Shown one piece after another: positions 36,799 to 49,995 of a stretch of 64,000 bases of DNA. The notes under the pieces were generated by a model. The model was not told the origin of the DNA, made no database searches, and worked only from the letters and a program-made list of their open reading frames with translations. The stretch is from assembly GCA_008632985.1 (NCBI GenBank), contig QPGO01000190.1, positions 1 through 64,000 of the forward strand, read 5' to 3'. Both the position numbers and the translations under genes were made by a program. The stretch's first letter is position 1, and the number at the start of each line of letters is the position of its first letter. The stretch is from Psammoneis japonica. Taxonomy: Eukaryota.

Positions 36799-36880
36799 GT
36801 AGAGTAGAGCTATGCCCTCTCTAGACCTAGTAGAGTAGCTACTAGTCCTAGAGTAGCTATCGTGTCAGTAGCTACGGTAC
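36794..36880. repeat. Second CTAG/TAG/CTA-rich tract
   Basis: ctctagtagagtagagctatgccctctctagacctagtagagtagctactagtcctagagtagctatc. Confidence 0.75.
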
Positions 36881-37095
36881 CTGACGACTCCTCGCGACTG
36901 TTTCAAAATATCTCCTACGTTCGCGCATATTATGAAATATTGTTTTTGGCGATCGGACATTCTGACATAAGTTTTGCAGTACGACATTCTCGTATATTTC
37001 TACGACGAACCTGCTGTTACAAGAAAAATCAAACCCTCGCGTGTTTCAAACAGAATAAGACCACACAATTCACGCTGATTTCAATCACATCCACA

Positions 37096-39053
37096 ATGTC
37101 CAAACAAACAATGAGATACACTCTTTCTACCCGTACCGTTCCAATGGCGAGCATGGGGCGTGCTCGCATGATCGTCGGTGACAAACGCAGCAGGCTGTTG
37201 ACGCAAGACGAGGTTTCCCGCGACATCAAGCTTTCGACAAGCGGACGTCCTTCGAAACGGCTCCAATGGCAGTCATCGGTTCAGTTGAGCGTCATTCCAA
37301 GCAAGCACGATACTTCCAATGTGTACTTACTTGATGAATTGACGAGTGTTAGTGCATCCTCAACAAGATCCGAGCCTGAGTCACTCCAAGGCATTTCGAA
37401 ACCATCTCGTCTGGAAGTTCAGCCGGAGCTTTCGGATTGGTCGCCGATATACTTGGGTCCAGACGAGTCATCGCTACTCCAAAGTCGGAATGAGCACTCC
37501 CAGCACGATCACTTTGCAAGTGTTGTGCAACAAATTTCTAACCAGTCTTCGAGCGAATGCCTCTTTATCGATCCGAGGTCTGGCCACAAGAGGTTTCGGC
37601 ACACAAACAGCACGGAACTTGGTTCACGTAAACGTCGTCGTACTTCCTACAAGCAAGATGATGAGGTCACTCATGTTGGTTCTAGTCATAAGGAGAGCTG
37701 TGACAACGGAAAGAACCATCTGACATTCGGCTGGGGTCGCCCAAAGCCTTGTTCATGTACGCACCATACTTGCTTTCCTCGCACGCGTCGAGACCTCAGT
37801 CAAAAGACTATCCGTGCCCAAGGAAACGTCAAATGGATGAGCACTTAAAGCCTGATCATTCATTTTATTTCATGGAGAAGTTGCCGGTTCAAGAATCTGC
37901 GGATGGACGTTTCATCGACAGCTTCTCCGGCGAAAAACGGAAGTATCAGCGCAGAATGTTGGGTCCGCGGAAGCGACGCCTAATTATACGCGATCAAGAT
38001 GACGCATGTGTTGACATTGGCCTCAGTTCAACTTCTGAGGGAAGGAGTCAGAGAGTAAGTCGCCTCTTTCATTCGTACTATCACTCATTTCTATATGCGT
38101 TGACAATTGACTGAAACGTGTTTCTACTTCTTCTTTACTCTGCATTAACAGCTTGTACACGAGAAGTCCATTCAACACGAGACGTCTTCCATTGCATCTG
38201 CTGCAATAAGATTCCTCGCGATGCGTGTGTTTCAGATGAGGATCAAGTCCAACAGGTGACGGTACCTGCAGTGGTGTGGACGGTGCAAGATGGCCCTTCC
38301 AAATTCGATGCATATGGTCAAGAACAACGCAATGAAGTACATGAAGTGTTGGTCGATCAAGAACAATCGGAACGGGAGTACTTGCCTGTTTCCGTCAAGG
38401 ACGATCCCATCCACGAGACGGCGTCAGCGACGGTGGCACCTTCGGAGCGCGAGATTCCACCCGACGATGATGCTTCCATTCCAAATCCGCACGATGGCGT
38501 AGCTGAAGCGTTGGGAGAGGAACGAGAAGAAGAAAGACACGTCCCAGTACGGGAATCCCTCATTACGGATCACCGTGCTACATATAGCGACGATCCGATC
38601 CAGGAGATTCCATCCGGAGATGATGCTTCCATTCCAAATCCACACGATGCCGTGGCTGAAGCATTGGTAGAGGAACAAGAAGGAGAAAGACGCGTCCAAG
38701 TACAGGAATCCCTCATTACGGATCACCGTGCTTCTGAAAGCGACGATCCTATCCACCAGGCGGCGTCAGCAGCGGTGGTACCTTCCACACAGATCCCTTC
38801 CAACGACGGCGATGTGAGTCTTCCAGACCAGCACGTTGGTGTAGGGGGGTTGTTGGTCGAGACGGAACAGGCGGAAGAAGAAAACGTTCAAGCACCTGCC
38901 TCCCTCATTACGGATGGTAGTGCTTCTATCATTCCAAGGCGGTCTGTTCAGCTTAGAGCAGCTTTGGGAAGCGTGTACATCCTCTCTACTGACGGGAGAA
39001 CTCTTCGAAGGTCCGCTAGAATCTTGAACCGGCGAAATGGCGTCTTGCGGTAG
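37096..39053 (+). CDS. Hypothetical protein (probable intron 38055-38151, frame breaks) with acidic internal repeats and a C-terminal RRSxxL...RRSARI motif
   Basis: Successive ORFs 36862-37848, 37749-38114 and 38118-39053; gtaagt...aacag intron signal; gene structure uncertain. Confidence 0.55.
38398..38920 (+). repeat. Internal repeats encoding DDPIHE...EIPxDDDASIPNPHDxVAEAL..E..E..V...ESLITDH
   Basis: gatgatgcttccattccaaatcc twice, tccctcattacggat three times, gacgatcc three times. Confidence 0.9.
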
Positions 39054-39532
39054 TTTGAATGCATGCGGGAAAGAAAATACACATGGGGAAAGGGGAGAGC
39101 GGGAATCCGATATAGAAAGAGAGAAACGAGCGGGAGTTAGAGACGGGGAATGGAGTATTTAGAAAAGAGAATACATCGATTTGTAGAGCGGAAGAAAAAG
39201 AATCAGAAAAATGGCGAGGCAGGAAGAAGATTGGGTTCAGAAAGACCTGTAGGTAGTAACACTCACTCTTGCTATTGTTTGCTTTACCGGTTCCGAGTGG
39301 ATGATTTGAATCTGGCGGCGGGTTTTCTGACCATATGCTAGATCCGTGTGTATGAATAATCATGGTGCAGTTGCTTTCGTGAAAGTGGCGATCGGTAAGT
39401 TACGGGTGAGCAGCGATATTCTTTTGACTACAGAATCTTCGTGGCGCCTGCAGTTCGGCACATATCACGCACAGCACGTACCTCTACATTCAACATTGCG
39501 GATTCGGCATTGTGGGGATTGAAAACCCAATT

Positions 39533-40575
39533 CCTGATTCAATGATTCCTTGTTAGGACTGAAAAAGCACCATTGGCTGTGGACAGTGTGGCGCTTGCAC
39601 CGTGGACGGATTCAGCCTTGATTTTGCATGGCGTACTTGACAATTTTTTGATAACTCTACTAGTCGGAACATTTTCTGTTGGGCGTTTCACAACGTAGTA
39701 TGAATTTTGTTAGGAACACTTGGCGGGCTTACGGAGAGCATTGAAGAAGATGCACGTTCAAATACATGATGAAAGCTCGTACCTTTACCTAACTCATTCT
39801 GCAGGCTTTGTTTATTCAGCGTGTAGTCTACCAAGCTTTGACTTTGTCCAATGCTAGCGGTTCTCGCCTCTTGCAATTCTTGTTGTTCGATCTTATTGAC
39901 ACTGCTGCTACGGAGTAATTCACGAAAGTCACAAAAATCTTGTCAATTTCCACTCACAACTCTTCAGAGAGAGGTCACCAATCGTCTTAACCGCAGAGAT
40001 TAAATCTACTTCGACTGACGGCTATATTTGTGATGTATGGGAGCTGCGATCTGGAATCCCCGCCCCGCGGTAGCTCCACAATCGCTGCCCTGTCGATGGA
40101 TATTCACCCATTTTCAATACCTAGACAAAGGCACGGTCCGTTTTGAGCCCTGTAGAAGCATCCTACATGGGTGGTGGCGAATGTCAGTTTGGTCCTACTT
40201 GTGAATGCCTGATTCGATGATTCCTTTTCGAGACTGAAAATAAAGCACTATTGGCCATGGACAGTCAGTGTGGCGATTGCACCATGGGCGGATTCAGCCT
40301 TTTTTTTATGAAGTACAGTACTTGGCCATCTTTTTTAAATAACGCTATTAGTCGGAACGTTGCTGTTTGGGGTTGCACAAAGTAGTATGATTGTGTAAGG
40401 AACACTAGGTACTTCTAGGCATACGTAGAATGCGTGATGAAAGCACATACCTTCAATACACTCGTTCCGTAGGCTTTGTTTATTCAGCATGTACGAGTAG
40501 TCTACCAAGCCCAATATAAGTAGTTCTCGCCTCTCGCAATTCTTGCTGTCAGTCTTGTTGGTCACTGCTTCTACG
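39533..40575. repeat. Diverged direct duplication: 39533-39912 and 40208-40575
   Basis: Shared colinear blocks cctgattc.atgattcctt, ggattcagcctt, tagtcggaac, ggctttgtttattcagc, gtagtctaccaagc, ttctcgcctct.gcaattcttg. Confidence 0.85.
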
Positions 40576-43500
40576 ATTTTTTAGAGCGGGACCAGCAATC
40601 GTCGAGACACTACGTACAGGCATCTCATAGGTTTCCTGCTCCACCAGAAATTACACCAAAATTGACCAGCAGAGATTCGTGACGCAAGGTGGTTAATGGG
40701 CTTGGATCTGAAGCTCCTACAAGAGATGTCAAACTGATGCTCGTCATGACTCATGGAGGATGCAACGGTAAAACTTCATGACAGTGCCATCGCGTGGGAT
40801 CCAACATGGCCTCGTGAACTGGACGTCAACGTAGGACGGTGCATTTCTCTGAACGACATTCTTGAGTGAAGCGAGCCGGTGAGTTTAGCATCGTTGCACC
40901 CAGTTCGCTGCTCGTAATCCCTGCGGGAGAACTCAAGGGTGGCACATTCTGGATCTTCTGCTTCGACCTGGAGGCCTGAAGGACATATTTTTTTCTTGAC
41001 GCTGAAAGGTCATCTCGACTCGTGCAACCGGCAGAGAGCCTTTGCGGGATCGACAAAATACACGAAAGAACTGACGAGCGACAGAAAACAGCTTTTCAGC
41101 AACCTCAAACCGATGCTCTTCTTTTGCTTTTTGATCAAGTTCTGCAGTTGTACTTCTATTTCTAAAACCAACATGGACTTAATATTCTAAGACCAAACAT
41201 GGCTGCTATCCTTCACGACTTGTTGACTCATCGGTACGTACGCCATTGTGCACTCCGCATTTTTTGGGGGGGGCAGGATGTCGTCAGTCCGTCGCTTCTC
41301 CGTCAATTTGAACAATCGCTGTAGGTGGCATGTGGTCAGTTGACTAGATTGTAAAGAACAACATGGCCAATCAAACCAGGTTGCTTTCTCTAGGGCTGAG
41401 TGCTTTTCTGGGGGCTGAAAAGCTCTGCAGCCAATCACCTGACTTTTCGAAAAACTCACTCCAAAGAACCCCTCATCTGGCTGGGATGCCAACAATCTGG
41501 TGCTGGGTCTGTGACCGCCTGTGCTGCAATCCGGGCATTTCCTGACTGCATCCCAGACAAGTGTCTCTCATTGAGTCAGGTGTTCTTTTTAATTTCAGTT
41601 CAGAACCAATTTGGTCTACAGGCTCCTTGATTCTAAATTGCACCCTGGAGCCTGCTTTGACCAGCGGCCATTCTTGCCTCTGCAGCCCCACGTTTGGCCT
41701 TTCTTGATCATTGTGTTTGGTCGCTCCTTCATTTCATCTCATGCTGCATGTGATGCAACATCAGCACCTGAAATGTCCTTCTAAATTGCATCCATTTGCA
41801 GCCCAACAAACAGCATGGTAAGTTTCTCATTGTCACAATGAAGCAATTGCAGTCAAAGCAAAACCATGAGACTTGGCAGCCTGCGCACCTTTGCTTCCTG
41901 TTGCAACATTCCTGAGGTCTGAAAGCTTGGGGAAGAATCTCTGCAGCTGTTGTTTCTCTCTCAAATCATCTGCCAAGGGAAGGCCAAAGGATGCCATTGT
42001 GAACAAGTGTCTGGATGACTTGCCTGGCATCAAATGAACAGAAGGGACCTTTGCTTGGCATCAAACAGCTGCTGAATGCAGCGGACCTTTGCTTGGTGTC
42101 AAACAAATGCAACCACCTGTGCTCAGTGTTGAAGAATGAATGTGATGTGCCTTTGCTCAGGATTGAATGAACATGGTGCACCTTTGCTGGGGATCAAATG
42201 AGTGCCTCACTTTGCTCAGCATCAAACGAATGTGACAGACCTTTGCTCAGAGTCAAATGAGTTGAATTTGAATTTCACAATGGAGCTTCACAAACACACT
42301 TTGCAGTCACTTGGCTCTTCATCTCATCCTTGTTCTTTTCACTTCAAGAACTCTAAAATCAGCACTTTGTCAAACCCAGACTGGATCAGGATGACACATT
42401 GTTTTTGGCAAAGTTCATGCCTGCAACTGGAGGCACTTCTTTTTATGAAAAAAATCAAAACACTCTTGGCAAATGAGTTTAGAGAGCTGGATAAAAGATC
42501 ATGCAACAGCAGCAGAAAAGTTGGTGCACAAACACCAGATGTGTGTCTTGGGGAAACAATGAAGTTTCTGTTTGCTCTGACTTTTCTGGATCACTGAAAC
42601 TCAGGAAGCTTTGGAAGACACTGGACAGAATGGGGCGGGGCTTCCATTTTCAAAAAACAGTGAAAGCACTTGCATGCTCTTTTGTCTGCTGTGGCTTTGA
42701 CTGTTTCATCAATTTGCCTGTCACCAATCAATTGTTCAACACAACAATTGCTGGCAAGTGCCAGTGCCCCATGGACTTTTGACAACAGAATCAAGCAACT
42801 TCAATCTTTGAGCACATGGCTCTGCCCTCTCCAGCAGGGAGCACTGCAGCTTGAGAAACCTGCAGCATCAGCTGCACACACCAACAAAAGCAAAGCAGGA
42901 GTGGCCCTGTGCTCTCTGAATCTTGCCACTGGGGTCCCACAGGAGCTGTTTCTGTCATCCAAAGAACCATTCATTGTGCACGACTTCATGTCCTCAAGTG
43001 GAGTTTCAAGATTTTGCAAAGTTTGCTGTCACATCCAGCACAAAATGTCAACTAAAATGCATGCAAACTGTCTCTTTCCTCATGCATTGCCAGCTCTCAA
43101 ACTCATTGGTGTGATGGAGCATTTTGACATGGTTGCCCCATTTCACCCACTGGAAGAACCAACATTTCACACTCCTTTGTTGCTTGTTCATCTCAAAGAT
43201 GTGCTCCACTTTTGCAAAAAAATCATCATCATCAAGTCCTTCCCTGATGAGGGCTTTGATTGCTCCATTGCTGAACTTCATGTTGGTCCTGCATTTGACA
43301 CAACACAGAGCTTGTTCACAAAAGCAGTTTTGTGGCTTTGTTTTGTGAGCATTTGTCAGTCATCAGTGCCACATCATCTCAATGGGCAGCAGCAGGCTCT
43401 GCAGGGTGCTTTGCCACCTCCGGGCACAAGTGCAACCTTGTCATCTTGGTGCCTCAGTGATGAAGGATGAAATTTCATCTCAGGCTGAAAGCTCAACTTG

Positions 43501-45733
43501 GTGCTGGTCTTCTTGGAGTGTGAGAACTTGTGACTTTTGTCACCTCTGCTGCTGGCAGCAACCACAACTTTGGCCTTGGTCTCCAGGCATTTGGCATTCA
43601 TCAACTGTGTGAGGCCAGTTTCTGCAAGCACTGAGTGCAGCACTGGCAACTCTTTGGAGTGAATGTTGAACCCACAAGCGCCAGTGTTCCCAAAAAGGAA
43701 TCCTGTCAGGCTTTGTGTGCCTCTTGACACACTTGTCTTGGTTGGTGGCAGTGGCTGTGGTGTGATGAAAGTTGTCAATGTAAACTTCAATCTTGCGGTG
43801 CACAACAGGTGCCCAGTGATGCCAAATGACAAACCAAATGATTCCATCCAAAGAGCAAGATGAAGCTGAAAGGTGAGAGATCAGCAATGGTGAAACTTTT
43901 CCCGGTGGTGGGTTGAGGGGGTTGCCCATGGTGCATGAAAGATGCAAAGGCTTCAGACTTTCTTCTTGTCAGCTGCTCACAGCAGTTGTGAAACAGCAGA
44001 AAATGAAAACTTGCAAGTGTGTGTGGCAAGAGTGAGCACCACATGGTGATGGGGCATTGGCAGACAGGGCAACAAGCAGCGGCCTCTGCCAGCCAGTGGT
44101 TGTGAAGCAGCAGCACAGCACTCACCAAGGAGGGGACACTGCATCAGTTGTGGGGCTGCCCAGCAGCAGGGCCATCTGTGTGGCACCATCAAAGCAGCAG
44201 CAAAAATCACCAGACATCCCCACATGTTCCACCAACAAGTCCATCTGAGAGCAGGTGTTTGTTGCAACATCTCAGTGACCATGTCAACATCAGACCATTT
44301 GAAGGCCAACAGCTGGGTTTTTGATGACTCAGTCAGGTCAAGGAGGACAAAGCAGTCTGTTGGGACAAATGCATGCTTTCTCTGCTTCCACCTTCTCAGT
44401 TTGCTTTTGCAGCCCAAGAGCTCAGGCTCACAGCACAGCAAGAAAATGAGGCCACTTCAGATGTGAGGAGTTGTTGAGGCAGAGGGGCAATGTCAACAAA
44501 AAAGAGCTCTGGGGTGTCATGTTTTGGTGCAGGCTTGCACTGCCATTGCACAAGCTGTGCTGCTGCCTTTGGAAGTCAAAACTGTTGAAACAGCAGCATT
44601 TTTGGGCAATCTGGGAGCAGCCATGATCACAGTTGGCATCAACGGCTTTTTAGTTGCTTGACATGACATCACTTGAAAGTTGCAGTGTGCTCACTGTCAT
44701 GACAACAAAGGCAAAGCTTCCCTTGGCTGCACATGGTGTGTGCACCTTGCTTGTGCACAACAAACATTGCTGACAATTGTCAACCTCACAAGGAGCACAC
44801 ATGCCCTGCATTGAGATGCACCCCCAGTCCTTTGCAAGGGTGCAGTTTTGTGGCTTGTGTTCATTTGCTGTGCAGCTGTTGCTCTTGCACTCATGCATCA
44901 GTCTTCATCACAGAGCCAACAGGCTTCAGGCTTTCATGCCTGTTGTGGCCTGATGCTTGCAGCAACAGTTGTTTCCTTTGCTGAAATGGGGTGGTTGGTG
45001 CTGCACCACTGCACTTCAATTCAACGGCATCAAAATGAGAGACAAATCAACATCTGAGGCCATTTGCCCAGTTTTTGATCACTTGCACTAAAAGGGTGTC
45101 ATTTGCTCTCAACTCAAACACCACTTTCTCATCTGCTGAGCTGCTGTTTGTGTGTTGGTGCAGCTGGACTGGCTGCATGTGCTGTCAAGCCAATTTTCTG
45201 CCTCAATGGCAAGCTCTTCTTTTTCCCATTGCTTGCCAGTCAGACTTGAAAATTTGAGAACAACAGCCACCTTTGGCACATCTCCATCAACTGGAGGGGG
45301 GCAAGACAGGGGGCATCACGCTTTTTTCACTGTCCCAAGAACTGGTCAGATGGTTGTGACAGAGAAGAAGTGCCCATTTGATGGCAGGCACATGCTGCTT
45401 TGCCTTTGGCACACATCTGCTGGGCTGCACTTTTTTCTGGCAATGTTGGCACACTTTCAAGGGCAGCAACATCTGCTCTGCCAATGAAGGCCCCCAGCAC
45501 CTTCTAAAAAGGCAGCTCTCAAACATGCACAATCTTTCCTGCATCAAGCATTGGGTGGCTTGGTGGAAGGCAAACCAGCTGCAAAACAAAAATGGCTCAG
45601 AGCATTGCCAACTGCAGAAGAGCCTCAAATGCACAAAACTTTTTGTTGTCAAGCTTTTTTGTTAAATCCCAACTGCTTTTGTTCTTTTCAGAATGAAGTC
45701 CAGTGTGCACATCTCTGCACTTTGTTGCCATGC

Positions 45734-46443
45734 NNNNNNNNNNNNNNNNNNNNNNNNNNNNNNNNNNNNNNNNNNNNNNNNNNNNNNNNNNNNNNNNNNN
45801 NNNNNNNNNNNNNNNNNNNNNNNNNNNNNNNNNNNNNNNNNNNNNNNNNNNNNNNNNNNNNNNNNNNNNNNNNNNNNNNNNNNNNNNNNNNNNNNNNNNN
45901 NNNNNNNNNNNNNNNNNNNNNNNNNNNNNNNNNNNNNNNNNNNNNNNNNNNNNNNNNNNNNNNNNNNNNNNNNNNNNNNNNNNNNNNNNNNNNNNNNNNN
46001 NNNNNNNNNNNNNNNNNNNNNNNNNNNNNNNNNNNNNNNNNNNNNNNNNNNNNNNNNNNNNNNNNNNNNNNNNNNNNNNNNNNNNNNNNNNNNNNNNNNN
46101 NNNNNNNNNNNNNNNNNNNNNNNNNNNNNNNNNNNNNNNNNNNNNNNNNNNNNNNNNNNNNNNNNNNNNNNNNNNNNNNNNNNNNNNNNNNNNNNNNNNN
46201 NNNNNNNNNNNNNNNNNNNNNNNNNNNNNNNNNNNNNNNNNNNNNNNNNNNNNNNNNNNNNNNNNNNNNNNNNNNNNNNNNNNNNNNNNNNNNNNNNNNN
46301 NNNNNNNNNNNNNNNNNNNNNNNNNNNNNNNNNNNNNNNNNNNNNNNNNNNNNNNNNNNNNNNNNNNNNNNNNNNNNNNNNNNNNNNNNNNNNNNNNNNN
46401 NNNNNNNNNNNNNNNNNNNNNNNNNNNNNNNNNNNNNNNNNNN
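45734..46443. other. Assembly gap (710 N)
   Basis: Run of n. Confidence 1.
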
Positions 46444-46449
46444 TGTGAT

Positions 46450-46660
46450 CCTTGTGAAGAGTCCCCACCCTTGGTTTCCCAAGTTTTGGTTGTGGATTTT
46501 TCATTCTTGATTTTGGTGTGAATTGCTCAAAATTGCAGTTGACAATGTTCCGCCATCACAGAGAATGTGCAGAGGCTTGTTCTTTGCTTTGCCCAAAGAG
46601 GTGCTCACATGAGTGATGACTGCTGGACTGGTGTGAATTGCTTTTTTGGGGCTTCCCAAT
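46450..46660 (-). mobile_element. Degenerate retropepsin-like aspartic protease fragment, probably from a Ty3/Gypsy LTR retrotransposon
   Basis: TSLGKAKNKPLHILCDGGTLSTAIL followed by KSTTKTWETKGG resembles the ILxDSG protease motif and flap; abuts the gap. Confidence 0.5.
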
Positions 46661-49600
46661 GTCCAGCAGTGCGCAAGACTCCTCGAGCAGCGCCAGTTCA
46701 GAATCACTGCACATCACAAGAAGTGGATGTGGTGGTGCTGTTGAAAATTCTCCAGCCAATCTTGTTCAATGCAACTGGGAGAGTCTGCTTGCATGTCTGG
46801 GCAGTTGAGGCTTGGAAGCAGTTGGAATTGATTTGTCAAGACAAAGAAAAAGCACTTCCAAGATTGCTGCAATCAGCTCACAAGTGTTTTGAAATGGCGG
46901 AGGGTTTGTGGCAGGGTTGTCCCAGAAGAAATTTCCAAGAAAGGAGATGGGTTGGCACAGATGCCAATGACACCTGGAAGAAAGAGAGGAACAAGTTGTT
47001 GGCAGCACTGTCAATGGAAGGTGTCAAGAAACATTGGCTTGTCTCAAAAGACCTGTGCTGGCAATTTGCACTGGGATTCACAATTGTCCATTTTGGCCAA
47101 GGAGGCACTGCAGGTGTTGGACACAGGCAGGGCCAACAAAAAACCTGAGGGCACAAGTCTTGTGCAAAATGAGAAGAAACAGCTCAAATGCAAAAGGTTG
47201 GGCATGTGAAAAAGGACTGTCCTTTGCTCAATGACAACAGCGATCATTTGTTGGTGGAGACACATGACATCAGCTGTGGAGAGAAACAAGGCAGTCAATG
47301 TGGCGCTGGATGGCATGGTTTTCAAGTGTTGCCCTCCTGCAGCCAGTGTGCATGAGGCCAATCCATTGATGGTGGCTTGTGCAAAGGAGTGTGTTGGAAC
47401 ATTGGGGAGCAAGGCAGTTTTCGACAATTGTGGATGAGGTGAAGTTGCACTCACATGAACTTTTGGTGAGTTGTGGGTCTTGTGCTCACTTTTCAGCTTT
47501 TGCACCTGCTGGCCAACATGGCAACAGTGGCAGCGGCAATGGAAATGCGGTGTTTGCAATCCACATGCGGCAAGTTTGGGGATCAGCGAGACCAAGTGTG
47601 TGCCACATTCAGCAAGCTGTGGAATCACAGCACCGCTGCAAGACCCCCCTCTGAAGTTTTTTTTGGCACAACAGGCTCCTGCAAAAGGTCAAAAGTGCCC
47701 ACAAGTGGCCAATCAAGGTCCCACACAGAAAGCATGCAGGTCCAAGGAAAGGAAGCCATTCTGAACATTTTGGCCCAGTGTCACAAGGCCAATCTCAAAG
47801 CCACCAACAGCTGTTCATTTTCACTGTTCCATGCTGAAATTCACATGTGTGGTGCGTCGTCCACAAAAAGGCTGCCCCCACACTTGGAAACCAAAAAGGC
47901 ATTTTCTGTGCTTGTCATGAGAGAAAAAAAACATGATGCTGTTGGTGCGCACACACTTCTTGATGCAGACAATGCTGTCTTGCACCTTGATCAATGGTGC
48001 GACAACCAACACATGATCAAAGAACAAGCCCCATGGCAGAAGATGCAGCATCATTGTTTGTTGTGCAATGTGCATTGCATTGGGCACAATTTCAAGTTGT
48101 GACATCATGCACCATGGAAATTTGTGGCTTTTTGTGCAGTGATGAAGCACAGCACAGTGAACTTGACACCTGCCAAGAAAACAGCAAGCATGCAAGAACT
48201 GCACGTGAGCCCCTCAACTTGCCAGGATGTGGTGGTGCAAAGTGCTCAAAGTTGCCACAAGGATGTTCAGATTCTCAGCTTGCCAAAGTGAGGTGACTTT
48301 GCCAAATCTGACCTGCCAACCACCTGGAGAGGCCAGGTGCCACCCTGTCCTCTTCTTGAACAACTCTGAGCTAAAGCCTGCCAGCCAACATGCAAAGGAA
48401 AAAGTTGAGAAGGCTGGGTGGTTGTCTGCCAGGGAGTCTGAGCATCTGATGGCTCAATTGCACAGATGCACCTGCTGCTTGGCTGCTTTAAAAAAGAAAG
48501 AGCTGTGCAGAAACAAGTGTGAGACAATGAGCATGCTTTTGCGAGATTCTTGCTGGCAATGGCACATGTGCCATGCTGGCAGACACACCAGACAACTTGT
48601 CAATCTGCAGAAAAATGCAGCAATTGGCAAAAGCGCGCCACTCACAAGTGTGCTTGTTTTGTTTGGCAATGGGGCCTGGATTTGACTTCATTCTAGAGTT
48701 CCCCAATTTTGCAGCAGAGCTGCAGAAAGTCTCTCCCACACACACACCAGATGACTTGTTCATTGAACAAAGCAAAGCAAGGGATTTTTTTTCTGACAGA
48801 GTGGCAAAATCATGCTCAACAGGAGCAAAAAAAAGATCCACATGTCTCTCTTTCTTTTTCAACACAGACAAAACCAACAAAAAAGAGGGTGCTGCAGTGT
48901 GGCAGTCACCAAGCAAACAATTTTGCAAAAAGTGTCTCCAAAGAAAGTCTGTTGGGCCTTGTTTGAGCTTTTGAGCAAGGGGGGCTCTGGGGGGCACAAT
49001 GCAGCAAGAGAAGCAGAGCTGGTTGGAGGCAGCATGATGATGTGTGTTGTGCAAGCAAGTTTGAGTGGTGGACCTTTCCCCAATTTTTGTTGCTTCTTTT
49101 CTCATGTCTGATCATTTTAAAGTGCTTGAGCAGTGTGAACAATCTTCAAAAGGTGGTCATTTTTTCCTGAAAACAAAGTGACAGGAACAAGCTGCTGTGT
49201 GGCTGCCACTGGTTTTGCTGCCTCTTGGAGCCATTTTTTTTGTCTCTTCTGCTGCATTTGGCTGTTTTTAACAAGAAATGTCAGCATTTTTTACAGTGCA
49301 ACAAGGAGCTCAGATGCAAAAAAGTGACTTTCTAACTGAAGTCATTTGGACAGAACAATCAGGAGAGCTGAGTTTTGCTTTTTTTGGCGCACACCATTGG
49401 CTGTCAGAAAGACCAAGTGGTGGTTCGCTGACCTGTGTGGGAGTCTTGTGGGTGATCTGCATGCTGGCATTGAAAAAAGTTTGTTGACTGTGAAGCAACT
49501 GTGCAATGTGAAAGACAGCAGAAGAGGTGACAACAAAATGTTGACAAATTTCAATGCTTGGAAAAGAAGTTTTGTCTCAGACAAGTGAAGCAAAATGGCC

Positions 49601-49802
49601 ACAACATCTGGACATTGCCAATGTTTTTCATCTGGCTTGCAACATTGGACACTTGTTGCACTTGCCCACGGCATTTTGGTTGTCATGCACCACCAAAGCT
49701 GAGTGCAAAATCTCTCTTTTTTGTTTGCACAAAAAAATTGATGTCATCCATGACAGCACAATGCAAAAAATGTGCAAGTGCATGAGCCACCAAGACACTC
49801 TC

Positions 49803-49803
49803 C

Positions 49804-49834
<31 letters not shown>

Positions 49835-49995
49835 GATGTTGATGATGTTGATGATGACGATGATGTTTGCAGCTGGTGCCAAGTTGACAGAGACAAGGGT
49901 TGTGAAGAGAAATCTAAAGGAGTTCCAGAAAGAAAGACACCAAGCATGCAAACATCAGCGAGCTCTCCACAAAACAAAACAAAACAAAACAAAAC
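49803..49995. repeat. (GTT)n/(GAT)n microsatellite at 49803-49866 and (CAAAA)n at ~49969-49995
   Basis: Direct reading. Confidence 0.9.

Noticed and set aside
45287..45652. Possible retroelement integrase zinc-finger relic (VCQHCQKK), minus strand
   Set aside because: Cys/His patterns arise trivially in this composition and no DDE core is recognisable
45551..46521. ORFs of 250-320 aa spanning the gap
   Set aside because: Artefacts of the N run
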